Below, piece after piece: positions 1 through 13,500 of a stretch of DNA of 64,000 nucleotides. This stretch comes from Trichoplax sp. H2. Taxonomy: Eukaryota. Numbering within the stretch: position 1 is the stretch's first letter; the number at the start of each line of letters is the position of its first letter. The notes below the pieces were generated by a model. It was not told the DNA's origin. It saw only the letters and a list, made by a program, of their open reading frames with translations, and did no database searches. The stretch is from the NCBI GenBank assembly GCA_003344405.1, contig NOWV01000154.1, forward strand, positions 62,001 through 126,000, in the 5' to 3' direction. Position numbers and translations under genes: made by a program.

Positions 1-66
1 GTTATTACGAGTGATACAAATTTATTATAGATCGTGAATAATTATTCATCTCATTTCTGGGCATAG

Positions 67-2111
67 ATATCAAATTTATAGCTATTGACCTCCCTGGACA
101 TGGCAAATCTTCAAATCTTCCCTCTGGTGTGATGTATGAAATACAAAGATACATCATGAGTTTACACTTCTTTGCGAAGGGTATGCAAAAATACTACTTT
201 CTATTCTTTAACGTTTTACAACTACCGAACTATGTCTTTAATTTCTTCTAGCATTGACATTACGATTCTTGCGTAGTACTTCAAATATTACTATATAAAA
301 GCCTTATTTCTACACGATAGGTTGCTAAATCGCTGTAGTTTATGTGAATGATATAGATCTTACTTCTGCATAAGATTAGCCTTCAACTACATATGTAATC
401 TTAAAGCGCGAGTGTATTAAAAAATTTTGCATTGGATTGATACACTGTAAGATAATTACCAAGCACCGTTAGATTACGGACACAAAATCATAAATTTTAA
501 ATTTTATTAGATATATAGTATTAGTCTACGATATAAATTACTGGTAACGAGTCTTATTTCTAACTGAAATATTTCCCTCTACACTATTTTTCGGAAGAAT
601 AGGTTTAAACCTAGATAAATTCTCTTTAATGGCACATAGCCTTGGTAAGTAAACTTCTTAAAGTATACCTGCTTTCGCATATACGATATTTTATGACTGA
701 AGTAGTTTATTGCTCATAGGTGGTTCAATTGCTGCATTGGTAAGAGATTTATATCTGCTTCGATAGATGCTAGTAATAATTCACATGAATAAATCAAGTA
801 TTAACTCAAGATTGTAATTAGTATTCATTTCCTTGTAAGTATAGTATTCTGGTACCTTTCCGGACAAAATACAGCAGCTAGTTATTATAGAATCAATATG
901 TGCTATATCTGGTACACCGGTAAGATCAGTTAATTATTCTTAATAATTTTTGGTGAATTCACCTCTTTTGTCATGATATGTTTTACTAAATAAATAAACA
1001 AAATTCTTTAGAAACATCTCATTGACTTATTTTCTGATGGCATGGATTCATTCGTAAAGGAAAATCACAGAATAGCTAAGCCTTACGCAGATATAGAAGC
1101 CGCCGTGGCTAGGTATTAGTATAGTTTAAAACTTATCATGTCTGTAAATATTACCGTACTCATATAGTCTATTGACTCATAAATGGAGTAACAAACTGCA
1201 ATGGAACTTCTAAATATCAAGAGGACATCAAGAATCCTTAAGCAACATTAATCTCGTATCCCTACTATACCATCTGATTTAGGTTGAAATCGATAAATAC
1301 CTCCCTCACTAATGATGCTGCAAGAATTCTAGTTAAAAGAGGCACTTCAAAAAGCGCAGATGGTCAATATTTTCTCTACTTTCAATTCTATTGCTGATTA
1401 AAGTTGTTTACACACTTATTCGTAAAATTTCATATCTTATTCTCTTCATATGAGCCTAAATTGAGTCGTGAGATAACATTGAATTTAATTACTATTAAAT
1501 CATTTTATTTAGGATACCGTTTTGTACGTGATCCCGCTCTGCAATACGTAATGAAGCTTTGCATGAATACATTATATATATTATTGCATTATATTTTGTA
1601 ATCGTTTACAATTTTATTTCTTTAGAATACGCTTCGATTGACTTTGGAAATGCAGTTAGAAATAATCTCTAGAATAAAAGCACACTGTTTGATTATACTG
1701 TATGTACATTTTTACTAAATGCAACATTTTTGCTGATTAGTAATCATTAAACCATTTTGTTACGATATTATTAGGGCGGAAGAAGGAATTATTCTTAACG
1801 AATCCACACTCTATGAAAATATTTCAGCTCTTCATGAGGCCTATAAGAAAAACTCCAGCTCGGTAGTAATTTTGTTTAATTCTACCTGAAATATCACATT
1901 TTTCCGTTTTCTAATGAGCCATTGCTATGTTTTATATAATTATTACTAGTTTGATTACTAACTTACACTTATTCTTTAATCACAGTTTAAGCAAATCGTT
2001 GTGCCTGGAAAACATCACTTGCATTTAACAAATCCTACCTCTATTAGTAAATATATCAATGATTTCTTGTGTACTAGTAATGAAAAAAATTCGAGTAAAA
2101 GTAAATACTAG
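67..2111 (+). CDS. SERHL: Serine hydrolase-like (SERHL-family) alpha/beta hydrolase, 5'-truncated by window edge; 10 exons visible
   Basis: Spliced GT-AG exons 67-180 (IKFIAIDLPGHGKSS), 603-644 (GLNLDKFSLMAHSL), 720-739 (GGSIAAL), 845-919 (YSGTFPDKIQQLVIIE), 1012-1112, 1283-1362 (AARILVKRG), from 1513 (GYRFVRDPAL), from 1626, from 1775, and 1986-2111 (VPGKHHLHLTNP...SKSKY*). Contains DLPGHG, the nucleophile elbow AHSLG and a C-terminal catalytic His region. SERHL assignment is from remembered motif similarity. Confidence 0.82.
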
Positions 2112-4394
2112 TATTTCATTGGATGTAAGTGCTAAGTAACCATAAAGGTTCTGGGCAAAACTACTTCAACCGTTAATGCTGTCTGATGTTGATCTGCATA
2201 GAGACCTATACAGTAGTATTTTTAAAGTTGTTGATACGCATTTTGTTTTAGGTTTAGTAGAATGAAGTCAGGGACTATCGTAGTAATATTAGTCTAAAAC
2301 TTGCAGGTATTAGAGTCAATTTGACTTTTATCGCTGCTCCAACAGCTCGGTTACAATAAAGCTAACACTAAAGCGGTATTAATTTAAAATAAGGCTGGAA
2401 CTAAATAATCGGAATAGAATACATCGATTCACATTAATAAATGTAGCGGTGGTAACGGCTTATAATTACAATGATTGAAAGCTATTTTTACGACATGTAC
2501 AGCAATAAATAATTAATGACTTAAATACATCGGTGCAGTACAGACTTGAAGCATCCCGTCCCCTTATTTGCGGATCTGTAACATTATATTTTTTGTTCGA
2601 TAGCTTTTTAAAATAGCTTAGATATACAATTTTCTTAAATCATATTTGATTCTGCTAAATATATTCTCGTGGATTATCATTTGCAGTCTTTGGTTCCTGA
2701 CCAGTACACGGTACAGGTTTCCTAATTTATTTTATTTATTTAAAGCATGAAGAGTATTAATAAGCTAGCCTATTAATAAAGCGTATTTCCGCTCTATCTC
2801 TTTACCACATTAATTTATCTTCAGTCTATAATTTTATGATTAAAGAAAATACTCTATGAATATTTACCTACATGACATTCTGATATCGGATGTACTTTAG
2901 CAATGACTTACAGTATAGATATCGAAATTATTTCACTAGTTTGCCCTATATAAATACGAAATGTATTTATAAATGCAAATGTACGCCGTGCATTGATTAC
3001 GTCTTCATTGCCATTAGAACAAAGCTTCATTTACAAAGAAATACGATTAGAAGTGCTACGAGGTTAAACTGTTAGTTTTATCAACATTTTTAAATCCGAT
3101 GGGCGTTCACATCTCAGTGCGTCTCTATATACGAACGTTCGTATTTAGATTGTCGATATCATTATTACTTTGAGTCATTAGTAGTTGCTGTTGTTACAGC
3201 GTTACTAGATGTATTTATATTATAGAAATACAGACAGTAATTTGTACTCTAGTAACTTCTTACTGATAACGTTCGATATCTATAGTAATTTATCTTGCTA
3301 CAGAAAGTGAACTAGATAGATTTGGTAAAGCAATTTTTAGTGAGAATAGTTAGTATCTAAACATAAATCAAACTTCAGTCACGTTTCAACGTTACAATTC
3401 GTTGATGAATTGTGAGTTAGTGAATAAGAATGCTTCCTACATTTCTTTAAATAAGTCTATTTGTTCCATTGTAATTAAGTAGGTACCATTATCAAACAAT
3501 GAATGGATGGCAAAGCGATGGTACGGTGTTGATGAACTTATTGCTATTTAAGAGTCTTTTTAGTACGAATTTTATTCACATCCTATGACTCAAGTACCGC
3601 AACTATCAATCCATAGAGGTACAAGATGGACAAAATATGATCTTCGTCGATGACCTTCATGAATTATGATCAGCCATATATTTGTAATACTAGTTATTTA
3701 TTTATTAATTATAATTATTAATACTTGCTATGATTGTTAACTTCAGTTAGAAGTTCATCATCTCCACTAAAAATGAAAATTAACAAATACGTTGTACTAT
3801 TATGTGGCTTCACGAACAGTATAATATATAAATATAATGTTAACCTACAATAATAAAAATCAGTACTATATTTCCAGTATACATAAATAAGTCCCGCTCA
3901 CTTGAGCTCGATCGTAGTCAGGGATATTTTTATGAATCGTTGGGTATAATAGTACGTCAGCAAAGCACTAATTTGAAATCGGTATATAGTACATACGTAT
4001 TAATTAAAGCTCGCATAAACTGGATATGAAAGAATGAACAGTTATGAGTTGTCGGGTACCCATATATAAGTTATATATACTTCAGGTTACTAATAAGATA
4101 AATTTCATACCGTAAACCAGTCCTGTGCAGGATTTATCGGTAGACTGTAGTATACTCACATATAGCGTGCATTATATGGGTTAAAGTACAGTACAGTACA
4201 TATGCAACTGAGGATCAATCTAATTTAATCGCGGTCACCGGGATGAATTTCTTCGATCATAATACAATCATATTATGCGCATTCCCTTTATTGTGCACAA
4301 ACGATAACACGTCATAAAACTTATATGATTATATATACAACCGTCGGATGAACCCATTTATCAGATAGAGAACTACCGATGGATCGCATCGTGC

Positions 4395-4408
4395 GTCGTC
4401 ATGGCAAC
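4395..4408 (+). promoter_or_regulatory. RFX-binding X-box upstream of CFAP47
   Basis: GTCGTCATGGCAAC matches the X-box palindrome GTTGCCATGGCAAC at 12/14 with a perfect ATGGCAAC half, about 190 nt upstream of the ATG of a ciliary gene. Confidence 0.7.
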
Positions 4409-4598
4409 CCGAATGATCCACATAGCTTGCCATAGTATAGATAGCAAATTACAAGTTCGAGTACAAGAGCACTATCGTAATTCAGAGTAACGATGTTTAA
4501 TAGATATCTTACAAAAATAAATTAAATCCTGATCATTACTTAAGATATCAACAGATTTTGAAGCCATTTTATTTCGAAATTTGATTGTTGTAAGTATC

Positions 4599-7500
4599 AT
4601 GGATAGTGGATCTGTAATAGCAGGCATAAAAATATTTCCATCAGTGGTTCAATTCAATGATGCGATTGCGGATGAGACTTATAAACAAACTTTGACGTTA
4701 CAAAATGTTAGTGGATTATCCAAATCACTTCGTTTTTCTGGACCTGAAACGGAGGTAAAGCTAAACCATCAAATAATAAAATTGTGTTACTTGCTGGTAA
4801 ATCCGTCTAAGATAGAATGATGAATTATATGATTTATAAATCAATCAACTAATCGCAGTTTTCTAATAACCCTACATTAACAGGTTTTCAAACTCACTAC
4901 AAACTTTCATAAAAAATGTATCGCACCTGGTTTGCTAATAAAGACGACGATTGAATATTGTCCGGCCGCCGATGATCATTATAAGGATCGCATATTACTT
5001 ATAGCAGATGATGATGTCATTGAAATACCGCTTTTAGGGTAAGTCAGAATAACGGCGATACAAACAATATTAGCTCGGAAGTTATCAGACATACAGCTAA
5101 TGGTAACTAGGAATAATGACTCTTGCTATAAAATTAGATTCAATCCACACTACAAGCAACTTGAATTTCTTTTATTTGTTTAAGAATTATATCTATACAA
5201 GAGTATCGTATCATTATTATTAATGTGCTATCCTATAGGATTTGTCCCGTACCATTACTTCATATTGAAGGAACCGTAGATTTTGGTACTGCACCTGCTG
5301 ATGGAAGAATTCTTAAAAAATGCGTTAAAATAATTAATGAAGGTTCAAGGAATGGGCATTTCGAGATATCTTACGCTGGTTCAAAGTCAATAACAATTCA
5401 ACCAAGTTCAGGCAATGTTGAACCCTATAGCGAATTAGATATTGAGGTAATGTCTTTAACTAGCATTGAGGGTAAATCATGTAGGACGAAATCTTACTGC
5501 TATCAGGCGATAATTTTGTATTGAATACGAAAGTGTAAATATGTATTGAACTATCATACATTTGCATTGATAGGTTAACTTTATCGCGGATACAGCTACC
5601 GAATTCGAAGAATATGCCAGGTATATTAACCTTGAATAGTTTGAACATAGCTCTGTTTAATTTACAGCGCAATGAACTAAAACAATTTATCGGCCAAACA
5701 CTTCTTATTTAGCATAACTAGTTAAACTTATTGATTTGCAGCACATAAGTAAATAGACTATTTAGGGCTATATTATTATATTAGTAGCATATTCGCTCTT
5801 CTTATCATATTTGAATCTCTATTCTAACAACCATCATTCGATAGTGTTATGTTAGAAAGTCGTCCCGAAAGTAAATTGTCAATTAAAGGCAAGGTTATGA
5901 GACGTCAATTAATGTTGCTTAATCCCTATGACACTCAACCTCTGCGATGTGTCGAGTTTGGACCAACTTATTACGGTACTCAGCAACAAAAACAAGGAAT
6001 CCTATTTAATAATAGTCCTGATGAAATCCAATTTGTTGCAATTCTGCTAGAAGACCAATTGGGTCAAGAAGTTGTAAGTACTCCTACACTTTAATTCTAT
6101 CAATTGTAAGATAGAAATTTTAGTTGTTTGATCGAATAATGATAATTTTAATGAATTAAAAATTAACACCAATTTATTTGGCTTAAGGCTTGACAATTTC
6201 ATTTTTGCGATAATATGATTTGTTTACGTAGTATAATCTTCTATTTATAGTAATTACATCAACAGCATATCAACTTTACATATTTATTATATTAGGACTC
6301 TGATCTTAGCCTAACAACTGCCCAAGCTCTAACGGAAAAAGCTCATCATGATGGTCGTACAAATGATATCTTATCTCTAATTACAACAACCCCTAATCAA
6401 GGAATTTTGAAGCCTTACGAGAAACTGGCAATTGATTTCCATTTCAAACCTGAATATCATTACTCAGCAATTGGCTTCAAAAATAAGCAGCAATCTCCCC
6501 CAAGGCGCGATTACGCTATCTACATGCAATTTACATTGGTGCAAAATAATTTAATCAATAGCGAGCAAGAAAATAAGCTACTTCAGGATGGCCAAAAAGG
6601 TAATTTGATATCCTGATTAAAACATTAAATCTAGAAAGCTAGCATTATAACGCCATGTAACTTTCCATTCCAGTTAAAATCACACGTAATAGCAGCAAAA
6701 ATCTGTGCTACATTAATTATTTCTTATGATGACTACGTGCTTGTTTTTTTAGGCATTGAAGTCGCCATCACAGGTTGTGCCTTACCTGTACTATTATCTA
6801 TCAAGCCTGACATGCAGTATGATTTTGGAAGTTGTACAGTCAGTGAAAGAACAGATGCTTTATTCACGATTACTAATGAATCCAAGGAATTAGCTGTAAA
6901 ATTTAAATTCAGCAAAATTGCTCATTTCTATACCAATCCAGGCGAAGGAAAACTTCGACCATTACAATCACAAAGTATAATTATATCTGCTCGCCCTCAG
7001 CAACTTGGATTGTATAAAAATAATATTAACCTTAACGTTATCGATAATCATGGCAAAATCATTCATTCTATTCCAATCCATGTTGAAGTAAACTGTATTG
7101 CACTAAATCGTGATCAGCAAGGAAAGACTAGTAACGGTCATATCCAAATAGATTCAAGTCAAAGTAAAGTAGCCAGCAAGAATAGATCCAGAGATGATGT
7201 CCAACTTGCGAATCCGAATGATTTACCAGGGAGTGTGAGACCGGCAGATCCCAGGTCCCGCGTTAGGTACAAGATTTTTATTTTATTTTCAATTCTAAAG
7301 TTATTAAGATTAATTTTTTTTGTCAAGTCTTCAAGTAGTTATGCGAGTTACGTCGTTACCTTACGATATCACTAATATTTGGATTGAGAAAAGTTGTTTG
7401 ATATTAATCTAATCAACTTTTTGTCCGATTACTTAGATCAAAGTATACACGGACAGATCGCTATACTTATATTGATCCTGATTATGCACTAAGCAAAGAA

Positions 7501-10500
7501 GAAACCCAAAAGCGAGATATCAATAACATCAAATATAGAAAATACATTGATGATCTCAGGGATACCAGAAAAAGTCGCCAACGAGACAAGTAATCTTTCT
7601 AATTTTAAGAAATTTGCTAATAAATTTTTTAGCTATCACTGTAATCCTTAATCCATAAATTAGGCTCTCAAGTTAATCGATTTTCTTAGACAGTATGATT
7701 ATATACTTAAATTTTCCACTTAAAGATCTATAAGATCGAATATTTATGCCTCGCTAACGCTATTAAAAAATGTTTTCTTATTAGAATGTACCAGAAAATT
7801 GATAGTGATATAGATTTGGGAATAAAGCCAGGAGCAGGGCTTGTTCCTCCTACAGCTTCATTGAAAGAACTGTATGATGATGTTAAAAGTATGTTTTTAT
7901 ATATTAGTCTAAATGCTCTAATCAATTTCGATACAATAAATCAAATTACGAAAATTTCTTTTTTATTACTTGTATCACGCCAGCCTCAAATCAAAAACCG
8001 AAAAAAAATCATATGGTCTTAAGTAATAAAATTGTCGATTATTGCCATAATATGACGGGCAACGAAGAGGTACTTATAATGAGTGAACAAAGCAGTCAAT
8101 AAATGTTGATCTTTAATGAGATGTTATGATCAACTAAACTTAATATAACATTATAGGCCCTAAAGCTAGGCTTGGGAACTATACCTGTGACACAAGAAGA
8201 AATCAGCGATTGTTCAAGGACTTTAATGCCTGCTCAAATACATTTGATTAAATTAGGTAAGGAATTGACACGATAGTAATCAATCAATTCCATAACCACT
8301 ACATAAATAAATTTTTTCCCGTTCATTTTAAAATTTAATTTTAAAATTAATTATAAGTAGAGCATAGGATAACACGTCTTTCTAATTACCGAATGATGCT
8401 CAATGTCATTGCTATGATAAACATTACTGAATCACAAAATAGCTAGACAGTGCAATATATGTATATATGTCACACCCACGGCATTAACTATTTTATATTA
8501 TTTATTTGTGTTTAACTATAATTTAGCTCCAGGAACGTTAGATTATGGAGAAGTTTGTCAACAATCCACTAATTCTAAATATCTCCGGGTTGCAAATAAT
8601 CTGGATAACCATATTCTGTTCTCTTTAGAAGTAAGTGAATTAACAAATGTATTATGTGCTTACTATGTACTAGTCCACAAACTCGCTTTCTTAATTAACG
8701 ACATTCGCACAATAGTTAATTGTATTTCGACCATTTGTATAGTTCGATAACTGCCCTGAAATGTTGCAATCATTTCCTGCATCTCAAGTTATACCTCCTA
8801 AAAGTGTAGCGCAATTTGAATGTATTTTTGAGGCAAATCAACTTGGAAGCTATCATCGGTATGCTATGCCTATATTGTACATATTTTAAATGGATATATT
8901 TCGATCATATATTATATCAGTAAATTATTTGCACTCGAAATGCTTAAATCTTATCAACCCTGTCTTAAGTGCATTTCAATTTTCTTCTAGTAATATTACC
9001 TATTACATTAATCGCAAGCATATGAAACATCTTGTGCTATTCGCCAATGTCGTTAGTGTCGATTTACAATTGTCCACTAATAAAGTTGTATTGAAACCCA
9101 AATTTGGACAGCCAGCACATGCAGGTTTACAATTAATTGAGAATCGAACTGCCATTAGCTTTAGAAGCTATTAAAACATTTATGTATTGGTGATATTTTT
9201 TATAAAGGTATTCGAGAATTAGTCTATGTGACTAATCCGCGCAATTATCCAGCACAATTTAAATGGACTTTAAACAACTCAGGAGGCGGAGAACCAACTT
9301 ACTACATCAGCCCCGCCACTGGTATTCAATATTAAAGTCACTTACTTTCATTTTACTTAAGCAATAATCTGAGCTTCATGTTCACTAGGCTATGTTGAAG
9401 CATTTTCCACCCTTGCATGTGAAGTTATCTGTCATCCAACATACAGATCCTCGACTGAAGTAGAGTTTTTGCTATCCGTTAAAGGTGGTGCAGATTCATT
9501 ACTAAGATGCACTTGTGAGGCAAGTATTGATTAATTAGTTATTATTATATCGAGATTACGGTTCCATTTCGATTTTAGTAAAGGATATACGATTACATAT
9601 GTACCTTATATCTATTTATTGCAGTTTGGGCAAGCTCAGTGCGCTTTTGTAGAAAGAAGGCTTTTATTTGGTTCGGTACCTCTTCACTTAACTACCACTA
9701 AAATTGTTCTACTGCAAAATACCGGACAGCATCATGCTCATTTTGAAGTATAGTACCATAAATTTTAAAAAATCAATTTGTAAAATACATTATTTTGCAT
9801 GCCTAAAATATATTGCCCATGTTAAATTACTATTCTATTCTAAAAAATGTTATCACTTTGACAACTTTTTGTAACAGGTGGTAGACTCAAATCCTTTCCA
9901 AGGCATGACTATCACACCAATATCTGGATTAGTTGCAGTAGGAGGATATACAGAAATTAAGGTACATTAGCTTTCTAATAGATATGTCATAATGTACGTA
10001 TAGCATTAACATGAGATAACGAAACATCCAGTCAATTTAAGAGAAAAATGCTTTTAGGTCGGTAATAGGGTTCAGTACTACAACAGCATTTACCGTTTCC
10101 CATTAACAAAATTGAAGTGTAATCTACTTTTTGTACATCCAAATGAGCACTTGATAATTATAATCTGTAGTCTCCAATTAGTATAGTGGTTGTATTCTCC
10201 TAGTAATTATGAGCTCAACAAAATATGTAATTGATATCAGTATGTTACAGTACATCATAATGTATAGCATTATAATTAAGCAATACTCGTATAGTCAGGA
10301 AGTAATCTAGTATTCTGTAAATCCTAACGTAAAGAAATGTGGTTACTTCTAAATTATTCTCATATTAACGTAGAAGTGATACAGATATGAGATATGACTA
10401 CCAATGTATAATCAGTGATACCTGAACACATGATACAGGGAGGTACAAGTATTGGTGCCTCCCTTGCCCACATGTTAATCAGGATATAAATTAGAAATAA

Positions 10501-13500
10501 TATTGACTAGCTGACAGAGGAGTTTAACAGCATTATATCATGCTTCTAAAAGCATCTGAGCCTCATCTATAGAAAGTTAAGTTTAATTGCAAAATATCCG
10601 TCTTCTACACGTATTCAGAAAATAAATCTACAGCAGTAAATTATGCAAGCACATTGTAAATTTTTTTCTTTTCTCAGGTGGACTTTACTCCGACAGTGGT
10701 TCAGAAATTCGATACAAGCATACATGTTAAGATTCGCGGATGGAAAACCATTTCACTCCGAGTTGGAGGACGTGTTGAAGAACCCCGCGTTGACATTGAT
10801 AAAGTACGTTAACTTATAAATTGCTAAAGAGTTGCACACCCCAATGCAGTTATGCTGTATGATGATGATAGTCAACATTCGGGGTTAGCATAGATGCTTG
10901 ATTGTATTATTATTCGTGGTGGATATGTCTTATTCTTCATTGTTATTTACTAATAATTCCCAAAGCAACAATTCTATTTTGGTGGTATCCACTGTGGATC
11001 TTTTGGTGAAGAATCATTTAAGTTGATCAACAAGGTAAAAGATGAGATAAATATTCATTTGATCTTAACTTCACGAATTATAAATTTTGCAATTAATATC
11101 ATTTATACGCGTACAAACAAATTCTCCTTGGAAATTTCTTCTTTAGACAAATACACCGGTTAAAGTTGCAATCGACTTGAGTAGATTTCGAGACTTTAAA
11201 ATTCGGTGCGATTCACAAACTAATCCAGGTAATTTCATTATTTTCTTATCATTTATCTTGTTAGTGTTTGTCATTATTTATAATTGAATCTGGAGGTACG
11301 CTTACTAAGGTTCTCATACTTATCAAAGAGAGAGTGTCTACTTTTCTGACTTACTATCATTGTAGTGTTAAGTTAATACTATCTAATCCATAATTATCTT
11401 CAAGTATTTACTCCTTGCATTAATATTAATATCCATTTCTATTTGCCTTCCTAGAGAAATTGATTAGAGAGGATGGGAATCAAAATTTATATACGATAAG
11501 TATGAACGGCAATGAAGTCATCAGCTATATACTACAATTTTATCCATCAGAGGTAGACATATTATAATAAATAGCTAATCGATCTTAAATATAATTTACT
11601 AGAAACAAGAAGTAATGTAGCATGTAAATTCAGCCGTCAATTCAGTACGCAATTATAGTACTGAAATTTAGATCTTTTAAGAATGACACTTTTAAAATAA
11701 TCTCGTTTAGGTTGCATCATATGATTTTTATCTCCCGGTTACAATTAACGAAATAAATCCCCCTTCTCCACCCCAATCTCCACTACCACCAACGCCAACT
11801 ACATCGAAATATAGTTATCCACGTATTGATACTCCTACCACCCTAACTCAGTTAGCCACTCCGAAGCGTCATGTTCTGGCAACTGCTTTACGACCTCTTT
11901 TGCAATTATCTCACACTCACGTAGAGTTTTTACTAAGTGCAGAATATACTAGTGAAGAACAAATGGATAAACCTCTACAGGTACTAGCTAATAATAACAC
12001 AAACTTATCAATTTCAGCTAATAATAATACTCTTAAATCCTACTAGATAGGAATAGATGTCCTTTAAAATCTGCAAATGTTAACCTAGAATCTACGTTAG
12101 GTCTTAAAATCAGAATGATAGATAATAGTATGTATTGCTACCTTTCAGGGCTGTATGGTCGCCAACTGTACTGATGATGAATTAGAGTGGTTCTTGGATA
12201 TTGATACGGCTACCAATCCTCAGTTAGAAGCGTTCCAATTCTTGGATAAAGATGGTAATCAGTTCGAAAATGGAAATCTAAAACCAGGGGAAAGTAGCCT
12301 GCTTGGAATTGTTTTTAATCCAGGTAAAATTTATTTATCATAGATTTAAGTTAGCTTACTCATTATAGATCAAATTCTAGCTCTTGCCAACGTTAATGAC
12401 CTTACACTTTTGATTTACAATAATTTATAATCATTAGCTCGACCTGGTATCTATTCTGCTTCGCTACCGGTTTGCGTTAGGAACAAACGGCAGGCATTGC
12501 GTGAATTAATGCTACATGGAGAGCTAAGAGCACCAGTTATAGAGTTTGAACCTAGAGAAGTCTGGTTAAGCCCAGCTCCTATTGAGACTGAAGTGGTAGC
12601 TTCGTGTGCTCTAATTGCCAGTGGATTTAATAGGTAAATATGGACGATAGCTAAAACCAAAATAAAATTATCGCATTTTTAATAGATCGCATTAATGCTT
12701 TGCAGGGATACAGAAATTAAATGTTTTATACCAGAATGTGAATTGGAAGACGGTAGTCTAGCTCAGGTTTTATGCGTTGAATTTCCGAAGGGTAGATTGA
12801 TCCAGGGGCATGTTCAAAATAAAGCCGAATGTGATAATTCTTCTCTTCCTTTCATCATTAAATTTCAAACGAGCAAGCCAGTTTCAACTATTATACCGAT
12901 ACAATTTAAGGATTCCTTTGGAAATAGGTAAGGTAGTAATAAACAGTTTTAAAAGTTTAGCAACTTTAATCTAATAGAATAGAAATACGTTTTACAAGCG
13001 TACTACTGTTACTAACAACTATAGTAAATCTAACGCGCGAATAAACGTAATTCCTTTCTGCTGTTTAGCTATACCTTAAATGTTGCCGTGACTGGTGAAA
13101 ATTGCCTACTGACTGCTTATCCGTTCATCGCATCCAAAAATAAAGACCATCATATAATCCGAAATCAGCAAGATTCCCCTTTACCTTTTGTTGAACCAAT
13201 TTTAGTAAAATGTGAAGCATTATCAGATCACGAACAATCTATTGATAATACAAGTTCAATATTCGACAATATTACACCATTTGCTGAAGGTGATGAAGGT
13301 ATTGAATCCGAAATCACATTGAGCAATCTTAACATTATTGACAACCAGGGCGATGATGAGGATGAAGACGAAATCGATCGGCGTGATAGACATGCCGCCA
13401 CTGATACCAGTCATAGCTATTTAGCTAAAGCAGTTAAAGCTGTAGAAAGGTGGTACTCATTTCATGGTTGGCCTGGCGGAATATCACCAACAATTGTGCC

